DNA of 60,797 bases, counting the filler, from Actinomycetota bacterium (GTDB taxonomy: Bacteria; Actinomycetota; Actinomycetes; JAKEEW01): the NCBI GenBank assembly GCA_046725875.1. It is 4 parts of 4 records of this genome, joined end to end, with 100 filler letters (N's around TTAATTAATTAA, not from the genome) between each part and the next. Parts side by side here need not be neighbours in the genome. Positions count along the whole stretch, not along the records: positions 1 to 28,199 come from JBKOZJ010000060.1; positions 28,300 to 43,688 come from JBKOZJ010000062.1; 2 more parts are not named here. One strand, 5' to 3'. Shown piece by piece: positions 20,263 through 29,243 of this stretch; within the stretch, counting starts at the first letter, position 1, and every line of letters begins with the position of its first letter. The translations under genes and the position numbers were made by a program. The notes beneath the pieces are model-generated. The model was not told the origin of the DNA, did not search any database, and saw only the letters and a list, made by a program, of their open reading frames with translations.

Positions 20263-22248
20263 GTGGCTACGCTCAACTTGGGGATCTTGGCCCATGTCGA
20301 CGCCGGTAAGACGACGCTGACCGAACGGCTCCTCCACACGACTGGAGCCATCGCCGAGTTCGGCAGCGTCGACCAAGGCAGCACCCAAACCGACACGCTC
20401 GAGCTGGAACGCCAGCGTGGCATCACGATCAAGTCTGCCGTCGTTTCCTTCGTCGTCGACGACCTGACGGTCAACCTGATCGACACGCCCGGGCACCCCG
20501 ACTTCATTGCCGAGGTGGAGCGGGTGCTAAGCGTCCTCGACGGCGCAGTGCTCGTGATCTCGGCGGTAGCGGGCGTCCAGCCGCAATCGCGGGTCCTGAT
20601 GCGGGCGTTGCAACGCTTGCGTATCCCGACGCTCATCTTCGTCAATAAGATCGACAGCCTCGGCGCCGATGTCGAGCGTGCCGTGCAGAGCATCACCGAC
20701 AAGCTGACGCCGGCCGTTGTTCCAATGGGTACGGTCAGCAGCCTTGGGACGGCTGGCGCACGCTTCGTCCCGCACACTCGGATGGAGGGCGACCACCGCG
20801 GACGGCTGGTCGATCTGCTGACGGTGCACGACGAGTCGCTCCTCTCCCTGTACGTCGAGAACGAGGCCGCAGTCTCCTCGACCCGGCTTCGCTCCGCACT
20901 CGCCGCGCAGACCAAGAACGCGGTGGTCCATCCGGTGTTTCTCGGGTCGGCGATGACCGGCGCCGGCGTGGACGATCTGCTCGACGGGATCAGCAAGCTG
21001 CTGCCGTCCGGTCATGGGGATGCCGACAGCCCGGTGTCCGGCACCGTGTTCAAGATCGAGCGGGGCTTCGGCGGTGAGAAGATCGCCTACGCGCGCCTCT
21101 TCACGGGCACCGTCCGCACTCGGGATCGCTTGCAGCTTCCGGGCGGTGCGGAGGGGAAGGTGACGGCTATCAGTGTCGTGGAGCCAGGCTCGATCAGTCG
21201 GCGCTCGTCGGTGGTGGCCGGGCAGATCGGTAAGCTCTGGGGACTCGCCGATGTGCGAGTCGGCGACTCAGTCGGAGAGCTGGGAGCACCCGAGCCCGTG
21301 CGGCAGTTCGCGCCGCCGACGTTCGAGGCCGTCGTCGTGCCGAGCCGGGCCGCGGACCGGGGTGCGCTGCATGTCGCGCTCAGCCAACTGGCCGAGCAGG
21401 ATCCGCTGATCAATCTGCGCCGCGACGAGTCAGGGCAGGAGATTGTCGTCTCGCTCTACGGCGAGGTACAGAAGGAGGTCATCCAGGCCACGCTCGCCGA
21501 CGACTTCGGCATCGTAGTGACCTTCCGAGAGACCACGATCATCTGCATCGAGCGCCCAGTGGGCACCGGTGAAGCGGTGGAGTTCAAGGACGCGGATGGG
21601 AACCCCTTCCTTGCCACCGTGGGACTGCGCGTTGAGCCGGCGCCGATCGGCGCTGGTTCGAGCTTCCGGCTCGGTGTCGAGCTGGGGTCCATGCCTTACT
21701 CGTTCTTTCGGGCCGTCGAGGAGACGGTGACCGACACCTTGCGACAGGGGTTGTACGGCTGGCAGGTACTCGACTGCACGATCACCATGACGCATTCGGG
21801 CTACTTCCCCCGGCAGAGCCATGCTCACCAGGGCTTCGACAAGAGCATGTCGAGCACCGCCGGCGACTTCCGCAACGTGACGCCGCTGGTCCTGGTGGAC
21901 GCGCTCACCCGGGCAGGAACTCAGGTCTACGAGCCGATGCATCGCTTCGTCGTCGAGGTGCCGGAGAACGCACTCCGCGCCGTGACGCCAGTCCTGGTAG
22001 GGCTTGGCGGTGTTCCTGAGGCTCCGATACCGGGTGGATCTTCGTACACGATCTTGGGCCAGCTGCCCGCCGCCCGGATACGCGAACTCGAGCAACGCCT
22101 GCCGGCGCTGACCAATGGCGAGGGGGTGCTGGAGTCCAGCTTCAGTCACTACCAGCCGGTGCGCGGCATCGTCCCGAACCGTCCGCGGACGGACAACAAC
22201 CCGCTCAACCGCAAGGAGTACCTGCTGCGGGTTGCCGGCCACCTGTAG
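20263..22248 (+). CDS. Otr(A)/TetM-type ribosomal-protection-like GTPase
   Basis: NLGILAHVDAGKTTLTE, RGITI, DTPGHPDF, NKID; 661 aa; SHAHQGFDKSMSSTAGDFR loop and RPRTDNNPLNRKEYL tail typical of actinobacterial RPP homologues. Confidence 0.9.
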   Translation: MATLNLGILAHVDAGKTTLTERLLHTTGAIAEFGSVDQGSTQTDTLELERQRGITIKSAVVSFVVDDLTVNLIDTPGHPDFIAEVERVLSVLDGAVLVISAVAGVQPQSRVLMRALQRLRIPTLIFVNKIDSLGADVERAVQSITDKLTPAVVPMGTVSSLGTAGARFVPHTRMEGDHRGRLVDLLTVHDESLLSLYVENEAAVSSTRLRSALAAQTKNAVVHPVFLGSAMTGAGVDDLLDGISKLLPSGHGDADSPVSGTVFKIERGFGGEKIAYARLFTGTVRTRDRLQLPGGAEGKVTAISVVEPGSISRRSSVVAGQIGKLWGLADVRVGDSVGELGAPEPVRQFAPPTFEAVVVPSRAADRGALHVALSQLAEQDPLINLRRDESGQEIVVSLYGEVQKEVIQATLADDFGIVVTFRETTIICIERPVGTGEAVEFKDADGNPFLATVGLRVEPAPIGAGSSFRLGVELGSMPYSFFRAVEETVTDTLRQGLYGWQVLDCTITMTHSGYFPRQSHAHQGFDKSMSSTAGDFRNVTPLVLVDALTRAGTQVYEPMHRFVVEVPENALRAVTPVLVGLGGVPEAPIPGGSSYTILGQLPAARIRELEQRLPALTNGEGVLESSFSHYQPVRGIVPNRPRTDNNPLNRKEYLLRVAGHL

Positions 22249-22723
22249 CACTCGCCGGATCTTGCCGTGATCGCCGCTGACTGGCCGGCTTGGCCACGGG
22301 GATCGGTGCCTGAGACCTGAACAGTCGACCGTGACCGCGAAAACGATCAGCAGTCTCGAAGATCCTCGGACCGTGGCCCAGACAAGGTGCTCCCCATTTT
22401 CGAGGCAACGGTCCATTGATCTTCGAATCAGCCCGGATTTTCTGGGTGGCGGTCCATCGATGCCGATTTTGCCCGAAGCACGTTCCCGGGGAGGCGCTGT
22501 CGATCAAGCGCTGTGCGTGGACCATGAGTCCCCGCGGAATCGCGATCGGGCCGTGTGCACCGACCATGATTATGGGGACGATTTCGTCCTGGTTCACGCA
22601 CACTGCGTGATCTCGATGCCGTGAAACGTCAAGGTCTGGGCACACCGCCTGATCGCGGTCGCGGAGGAGCGTAAGCCCATGGTCGAGGCGGCAGGATCGA
22701 GCTAGTGGACGGCCGTTCCAGGG

Positions 22724-24034
22724 TCAGGCCGACTTCTCGCGGCGCTCCCGCTTGCGCTCGCGCTCCCGCTCGGCGGCGACCTCGCGCGGCACGAGCGTCG
22801 GGTTGACGTTCTGGAGCACTACGTCTCGGTTGATAACGACCCGGGCGACGTCCTTGCGGCTCGGCACCTCGTACATCACCGAGAGGAGGACCTCCTCCAT
22901 GATCGCACGAAGGCCGCGGGCGCCGGTCTGGCGGAGGATTGCCTGGTCGGCCACCGCCTCCAGGGCATCATCGGTGAACTCCAGGTCCACGCCGTCGAGC
23001 TCGAAGAGTCGCCTGTACTGCTTGACGAGGGCGTTCCGTGGCTCGGTAAGGATCCTGATCAGCGCCTCCCGGTCGAGCGCTTTCACGCTGGTGATCACCG
23101 GCAGGCGGCCGACGAACTCCGGGATCATGCCGAACTTGAGCAGGTCCTCGGGCATGACGTCGGTGAAGATGTCGGACCGGTCGAGGTCGTGCTTTGAGTG
23201 GAGGGTGGCGTTGAAGCCGATGCCCTTGCGGCCGATGCGCTGCTCGATGATGCGCTCCAGGCCGGCGAACGACCCGCCGACGATGAAGAGCACGTTCGTC
23301 GTGTCGATCTGGATGAACTCTTGGTGCGGGTGCTTGCGGCCGCCTTGTGGCGGTACGGAGGCAGTGGTGCCCTCGAGGATCTTCAGGAGCGCCTGCTGAA
23401 CGCCTTCGCCTGAAACGTCCCGGGTGATCGACGGATTCTCGCTCTTCCTGGCGATCTTGTCGACCTCGTCGATGTAGATGATCCCGGTCTCGGCCTTCTT
23501 CACGTCGTAGTCGGCGGCCTGGATGAGCTTGAGGAGGATGTTCTCGACATCCTCGCCGACGTACCCCGCCTCGGTGAGTGCAGTCGCGTCGGCGATGGCG
23601 AACGGGACGTTCAGCATTCGGGCGAGGGTCTGGGCGAGGTGGGTCTTGCCGCATCCGGTCGGGCCGATGAGCAGGATGTTCGACTTCGCCAGCTCGACCT
23701 GGTCGGGACCGCCGGCGCCGGGCTTGGTTGCCGTGTCGCCGGCCTGCACTCGTTTGTAGTGGTTGTATACGGCAACCGCGAGCGCCTTCTTGGCCTCGTC
23801 CTGGCCGACGACATACTGGTCGAGGAAATCACAGATCTCGCGTGGCTTGGCGAGCTCGTCCCACTGAACCTCGGATGACTCCGAGAGCTCCTCCTCGATG
23901 ATCTCGTTGCAGAGATCTATGCACTCGTCGCAAATGTAGACGCCCGGTCCTGCAATCAGCTTCTTGACCTGCTTCTGACTCTTCCCGCAGAACGAGCACT
24001 TCAGCAGGTCGCCGCCATCGCCGATGCGTGCCAC
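22724..24034 (-). CDS. clpX: ATP-dependent Clp protease ATP-binding subunit ClpX
   Basis: C4 zinc finger CSFCGK...[35 protein letters not shown] and IGF loops. Confidence 0.99.
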   Translation of the reverse strand: MARIGDGGDLLKCSFCGKSQKQVKKLIAGPGVYICDECIDLCNEIIEEELSESSEVQWDELAKPREICDFLDQYVVGQDEAKKALAVAVYNHYKRVQAGDTATKPGAGGPDQVELAKSNILLIGPTGCGKTHLAQTLARMLNVPFAIADATALTEAGYVGEDVENILLKLIQAADYDVKKAETGIIYIDEVDKIARKSENPSITRDVSGEGVQQALLKILEGTTASVPPQGGRKHPHQEFIQIDTTNVLFIVGGSFAGLERIIEQRIGRKGIGFNATLHSKHDLDRSDIFTDVMPEDLLKFGMIPEFVGRLPVITSVKALDREALIRILTEPRNALVKQYRRLFELDGVDLEFTDDALEAVADQAILRQTGARGLRAIMEEVLLSVMYEVPSRKDVARVVINRDVVLQNVNPTLVPREVAAERERERKRERREKSA

Positions 24035-24306
24035 GCGGTGCTCTCCCTTGTGCGCTGCGGACCGCCGGCCGTCGCTGGCGGCGCCGGAGGAAGCCGTTTC
24101 CTCGACGTTACTCCTAGAATCCGCCCGAGAGCCGCTTTAGTTGTCGCGCCGCGGAAGTCTTTCCTAACGCGGCGCTTCGCTTTGCGGCCCACGCCCGAAT
24201 CCCGGATGTGATTTCCGGCCCCTTACGGTATGCGATCGCTGCCGCGGATGGCAGTACTTATAAGCCAATGGGTCGCGATAGTTATCCGAGGGCAAGACCC
24301 GCCGGG

Positions 24307-24966
24307 TCACGCGGTGACGAGCGAAGCCTTCCGCGAGCTGATCACCTGGTCGACGAGACCGTAGCTGAGCGCCTCCTCGGCGGTGAGGATCTTGTCACGT
24401 TCGATGTCCTCGCGGACCTGCTCCTCGGTCCGGCCCGTGTGCAGGGCGATCGTCTCCTCCAGCCAGGTTCGCATCCGGAGGATCTCGTTCGCCTGGATCT
24501 CCACGTCGCTGGCCTGGCCATATCCACCATCCATCATGGCCGGCTGGTGGATGATGATCCGTGAGTTCGGGAGCGCGAGCCGCTTCCCCTGAGTGCCGGC
24601 GGCCAGGATGACCGCCGCGGCGGAGGCTGCCTGGCCCATGGCGATGGTCTGGATGTCGGGCTTAACGAACCGCATCGTGTCGTAGATCGCGGTCAGCGCC
24701 GTGAACGATCCGCCAGGCGAATTGATGTAGATCTGAATGTCCCGGTCCGGGTCCATCGACTCGAGGGTCAGCAGCTGCGCCATCACGTCATTCGCCGACG
24801 CGTCATCGATCTGTACACCGAGGAAGATGATCCGCTCTTCGAAGAGCTTCGTATACGGATTGTGCCGCTTGAAGCCGTAGCTCGTCCGCTCGTCGAACTC
24901 CGGGATGATGTACCGGCTCTCCTGCGCATACCGCTCGTTCATTACTGGTCCTAGCTCCGGGTTCAT
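24307..24966 (-). CDS. clpP2: Clp protease proteolytic subunit 2
   Basis: [38 protein letters not shown] overlap with the clpP1 stop. Confidence 0.95.
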   Translation of the reverse strand: MNPELGPVMNERYAQESRYIIPEFDERTSYGFKRHNPYTKLFEERIIFLGVQIDDASANDVMAQLLTLESMDPDRDIQIYINSPGGSFTALTAIYDTMRFVKPDIQTIAMGQAASAAAVILAAGTQGKRLALPNSRIIIHQPAMMDGGYGQASDVEIQANEILRMRTWLEETIALHTGRTEEQVREDIERDKILTAEEALSYGLVDQVISSRKASLVTA

Positions 24967-25643
24967 GCTGCCGTACCACCGTTCCCGCTGACCTCGCGCG
25001 CGCTTGCGACCACGTTGTCGACGAAGCCGTAGTCCCGGGCCTCGTCCGCGGTGAACCACCGGTCCCGGTCGGAATCGCGCTCGATCGTAGCGACGTTCTG
25101 GCCGGTGTGCTCCGCGATGAGCTCGGCCATCTTCCGCTTCGTATAGATCATCTGCTCGGCCTGGATCTTGATGTCGGACGCAGTACCCCCGACGCCGCCG
25201 GAGGGCTGGTGCATCATGATCCGCGCATGTGGGAGCGAGTAGCGCTTGCCCGAACTGCCGGCGCACAGCAGGAACTGTCCCATCGACGCGGCGAGGCCGA
25301 GGGCGAAGGTCGCGACGTCGTTCTTGACGTACTGCATGGTGTCGTAGATCGCCATACCGGCCGAGACCGAGCCGCCCGGTGAGTTGATATAGAGATAGAT
25401 GTCACGGTCCGGGTCCTCGGCGGCTAGTAGGAGCATCTGCGCACAGACGTTGTTCGCCACATCGTCGCGTACCTCGGTGCCGAGGAAGATGATCCGCTCG
25501 CGGAGCAGCCGCTCATACACCCGGTCGTCGAGGGTGGAGGTCGCCGGCTGCTGGGCGCGGGCGGAGGGAACCTCCAGATGGGGAGTCTCGATGCCGGCCC
25601 TGGGGGTGTATAGCCGGGTCCCCCCGGATTCCACTGAGGTCAT
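24963..25643 (-). CDS. clpP1: Clp protease proteolytic subunit 1
   Basis: [48 protein letters not shown] before ATG 25643. Confidence 0.95.
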   Translation of the reverse strand: MTSVESGGTRLYTPRAGIETPHLEVPSARAQQPATSTLDDRVYERLLRERIIFLGTEVRDDVANNVCAQMLLLAAEDPDRDIYLYINSPGGSVSAGMAIYDTMQYVKNDVATFALGLAASMGQFLLCAGSSGKRYSLPHARIMMHQPSGGVGGTASDIKIQAEQMIYTKRKMAELIAEHTGQNVATIERDSDRDRWFTADEARDYGFVDNVVASAREVSGNGGTAA

Positions 25644-25743
25644 TGCTTGTGCTCTCCTCGCGCTCTCGTCCCCGATCCCGTCATGCGGTATGCGCTGTTC
25701 TCGCCGTCGCTTGCCGGCGTCCGCTGAATCGGTCGTGCTGCCG

Positions 25744-25801
25744 ACATTAACGCGCAGATTCGCGGTCGCCATCCTTACCGCCGCAGTGTTCGCTGACGGC
25801 G
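25744..25801 (-). promoter_or_regulatory. ClgR-type operator and -10 element of the clpP1P2 promoter
   Basis: GTTCGC-TGACG-GCG at 25788-25801 matches the ClgR consensus GTTCGC-N5-GCG; minus-strand TAATGT at 25744-25749. Confidence 0.75.
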
Positions 25802-25891
25802 CAGTCGCGAGCGTCGCGACCATCGCAAGACCGGGTTTACGCGAGGGTCGATTGGACGGCGATTTACCGCTTCTTAAGACAACCGACTACG

Positions 25892-25920
25892 GCGGCGGCC
25901 CGTGGCCGACGGCCCGCCGC
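25892..25920 (-). terminator. hairpin downstream of tig
   Basis: GCGGCGG...CCGCCGC stem 20 nt past the tig stop; no U-tract. Confidence 0.35.
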
Positions 25921-25940
25921 AATCCTGAGAACAGAGGCGC

Positions 25941-27404
25941 TTACCGCGTCGCATGCTCCTCAGCGGTATCGATATCGCCTTCCTCGCTATTGGACTCGGT
26001 GGCGTCGTCTGCGGCCTCGATGAACGACTCCAGATCGGCCGACTCGTCCTCGTCCGCCCGGTCCGGCGACGACCTCTCCGCCTCCGCCTCGACTATCGCC
26101 TTGATGTCGACGGGCCGGCCCGACGAGTCGGTGATCCGCGCGGCCTCCACAACTGCGGTCAACGCCTTACCGCGACGCACTTCGCCCACGAGCATGCCCT
26201 GCTGACCCGCATCGATAACCTGCTTGGCGAAGTCGTCGGGAGCCATGCCGTAGCGCATCGCGCTGCGCACGATGTGCTCACCCAGCTCGCTTTCGCCGAC
26301 GCTGACCTGCTCCTTGTCGGCGATCGCGTCGAGCACGAACTCGGCTTTGATCGACCGCTCGGCATCCTTGCGCAGGTCGGCCACGAGCTCGTCCTCAGTG
26401 CGGCCATCCGCCTCGAGGTACTGCTCGAGGGTCAGGCCGGCCGGTTCGAGGCGGTGGTGCTCGAGGTCGTGCTTCCGGGATTCCACGGCGTTATCTATGG
26501 CCCGGTCTGGCAGCGGTAGGTCGATCTTCTCCAGGAGTGCGTCGAGCACCCGGTCGCGAGCCTGCCCGACTTGGGTGAGCCGGCTGACCCGCTCGAGCCG
26601 CTCGCGCAGGCCGGCGCGAAGATCGTCAAGGGTGTCGTACTCGCTCGCCATCAGAGCGAAGTCGTCGTCCAGCTCAGGCAGCTGCCGCTCCTTGACCGCG
26701 GTTACCTTGACCTCTACCTCGACCTCGCGCCCGGCATGCTCCCCCGCCACGAGCTGGGTCTTGAAGGTCGCGCTGTCGCCAGCAGACAGGCCGGTCGCTG
26801 CCTCGTCGAGGCCCTCCAGAAGGGTGCCGCTGCCGATCTCATACGACATGCCTTTGGCGTGCATGTCCTCGATCGGCTCGCCGTCGGCGCTCGCCGAGAG
26901 GTCAATCGTCGCGTAGTCGCCGGGCGCGGCGGGACGGTCAGCAGTGATCAGGCTTGCGAAGCGCTCGCGGAGGCTGGTGATCTCCGCCTCGACCATTTCG
27001 TTGGACACGTCGGCCTCGTCGACGGTCACCTCGATGCCGCCGTGGTCCGGAAGCTCGATCTGTGGCCGTACATCAACTTCCGCCGTGAACTTCAGGTCTG
27101 TTCCATCGGCGAAATCTGTGATGTCCACCTCCGGCTGGCCGAGGACGCGGACGTTGTTGTCCACCACCGCCTGCGTGTAGAGCCGAGGCAGCGCCTCATT
27201 GACGGCCTCTTCCAGTACAACGGCCCGTCCGAATCGCTGGTCGATGATGCGCGGCGGTACCTTCCCGCGCCGGAAGCCGGGGATGTTCACCTGGCTGGCG
27301 ATCTTCTTGTACGCGGCGTCGAGGTTCGGCCTCAGCTCGTCGAACGGAACCTCGACGGTGAGCCGTACCCGGGTCGGGTTCACGGTCTCGACGGCACTCT
27401 TCAC
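25941..27404 (-). CDS. tig: trigger factor
   Basis: IPGFRRGKVP ribosome-binding loop, FKBP domain, upstream of clpP. Confidence 0.98.
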   Translation of the reverse strand: MKSAVETVNPTRVRLTVEVPFDELRPNLDAAYKKIASQVNIPGFRRGKVPPRIIDQRFGRAVVLEEAVNEALPRLYTQAVVDNNVRVLGQPEVDITDFADGTDLKFTAEVDVRPQIELPDHGGIEVTVDEADVSNEMVEAEITSLRERFASLITADRPAAPGDYATIDLSASADGEPIEDMHAKGMSYEIGSGTLLEGLDEAATGLSAGDSATFKTQLVAGEHAGREVEVEVKVTAVKERQLPELDDDFALMASEYDTLDDLRAGLRERLERVSRLTQVGQARDRVLDALLEKIDLPLPDRAIDNAVESRKHDLEHHRLEPAGLTLEQYLEADGRTEDELVADLRKDAERSIKAEFVLDAIADKEQVSVGESELGEHIVRSAMRYGMAPDDFAKQVIDAGQQGMLVGEVRRGKALTAVVEAARITDSSGRPVDIKAIVEAEAERSSPDRADEDESADLESFIEAADDATESNSEEGDIDTAEEHATR

Positions 27405-27644
27405 TGATCCAGTCTCCCAAATCGATTTACGAGCCGCAGCCCATCACCCAGCACTTCGCGTACGGGAAGGCTCTCGGCTCCACGCTGCCGGAAGGCAGCC
27501 GACGTGCGGCCGCTCGCCGCACCAACGCCAGATTCTACGCGGTCGGCAGGACGGCCGGGCGGTCGCCGGCTCGGCGCGATCCTTGTCAATTCCTGGCGCC
27601 TGGGCCGCTGGTGCCACAGCCTGCCACCGGTCACGCTTGATCAC

Positions 27645-28199
27645 ATGACCGAGTACCGCGCGGCCTTCGACGCCGAGGTGACCTTCCAGAACGGCGGCGG
27701 CCTTCAAGCACAGGGCTTTCGGCTCGACGTCTCCGGCCCCGATGCAACGGAGGCTGAGCTCGCCGCGCTTTTCATTCGGCACCTTGGCTTGCTCATGGTG
27801 GACGAGGTGCGACTGCACGATATCCGGGTGTTCGCCGAGCCCCACAAGGGCTCCCGGGGTGGGCCGGCCGACCGCCCCGTTCCACGCTTTTCGGGTCCCT
27901 CCCGTTTCATCGAGCTGAGTCATGTGATCGAAGACGGAATGATCACGTACCAAGGACTGCCCGGCCCGGAGATCACGCCGCATCTCACCCGGGAGGCGTC
28001 GCGGTCGCATTACGCCCCCGGTACGGAATTCGCTATCGACCGCATCAGCATGATTGGCAACACCGGAACGTACCTTGACAGCCCATACCACCGCTTCGCT
28101 GACGGCGCCGACCTCTCCGAAGTGCCCCTCGGGTCGGTCGCGGACCTGCCGATCGTCCTTGTCCGGCTGACGGGAAGCACATCGCGCGCGATCGACGCG
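27645..28199 (+). CDS. cyclase/kynurenine-formamidase family protein with extra N-terminal domain, truncated by contig end
   Basis: FIELSHVIEDGMITYQGLPGP and GNTGTYLDSPYHRF. Confidence 0.8.
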
Positions 28200-28299
28200 N
28201 NNNNNNNNNNNNNNNNNNNNNNNNNNNNNNNNNNNNNNNNNNNTTAATTAATTAANNNNNNNNNNNNNNNNNNNNNNNNNNNNNNNNNNNNNNNNNNNN
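28200..28299. other. artificial contig-join spacer
   Basis: 44 N + TTAATTAATTAA (stops in all six frames) + 44 N. Confidence 0.98.
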
Positions 28300-29120
28300 G
28301 CCACACCGACAGCCCGTTCGCTTGGTCGGTCCTCGGCGCGGTGGCGGAACGGACCGATCGGATGTGGCTCGGCACGCTGGTAACCTGCCCGTTCATCCGC
28401 TATCACCCGGCTCTCATCGCCCAGGCGGCGGCGACGATACAGCTCTTGGCCGACGGGCGCTTTACGCTGGCGCTCGGCGCCGGGGAGCGGCTCAACGAAC
28501 ACGTCGTCGGTCGAGGATGGCCCGCTGTCGATCAGCGCCACGAGATGCTCTCCGAGTCGATCGACGCGATTCGGGAGCTTTGGCGAGGCGGCTTCACGAC
28601 CTACCAGGGTGAGCACATCAGGGTCGAGGACGCCCGCATCTACTCCATGCCCGACAACCCCCCGGAGATTCTCGTCGCCGCCAGCGGGCCGTTCGCGGCG
28701 GCGCTCGCGGCCGAGAAAGGGGACGGGCTCGTCGGCACCGAACCACGCGCGGACCTCGTAAGCAGCTTCCGTGATGGAGGCGGGCAGGGGAAGCGCACGC
28801 ACGGCCAGATCGCCTGCTCCTGGGATCGGTCGGAAGACCGGTCGCGCGAGTCCGCGATGCGGTTCTCCTTTGCGCTCACCGGATGGAAGGCACAGGCCGA
28901 GCTGCCGAGCCCGCGGAGCTTCGACTCGGTCACCGCGAAGATCCATCGGGAAGACGTGCTCGAGGTCGTGCCGAGCGGCGTCGACCCAGAGCCGTACGTC
29001 ACCGGCATCCAGCGGTTCATCGACGCCGGCTTCGATGAGATCTGCGTCGTCCAAGCGGGCGAGGACCACGAGGGATTCATGGACTTCTTCATGAGCGAGG
29101 TTCGGCCGCAGCTGCCCTGA
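28300..29120 (+). CDS. LLM-class F420-dependent oxidoreductase (G6PDH-like family), 5' truncated
   Basis: SPFAWSVLGAVA, VTCPFIRYHPALIAQAAAT, LGAGERLNEHVVG. Confidence 0.88.
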
Positions 29121-29243
29121 ACGTCCGCCGAACTCCGGCCCGGCCACCAAGATGCATGCCGGGGCGGCGGTCATCCCGACGACGAGGTGGATTACCGTCG
29201 ACAGTGCGCAGGTTTCGGTACCGAGGCCGTGGGAGGTCCACCC

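Noticed and set aside
27405..27644. tRNA-Pro/tRNA-Gly often found upstream of tig
   Set aside because: No cloverleaf or T-loop seen; they may lie beyond the contig end, so absence is not informative.
28200..28299. Repeated TTAATTAATTAA palindrome in N-runs (also 43689-43788 and 54973-55072)
   Set aside because: Identical 44N-12-44N design is an artificial six-frame-stop linker; no cross-gap gene clusters were inferred.
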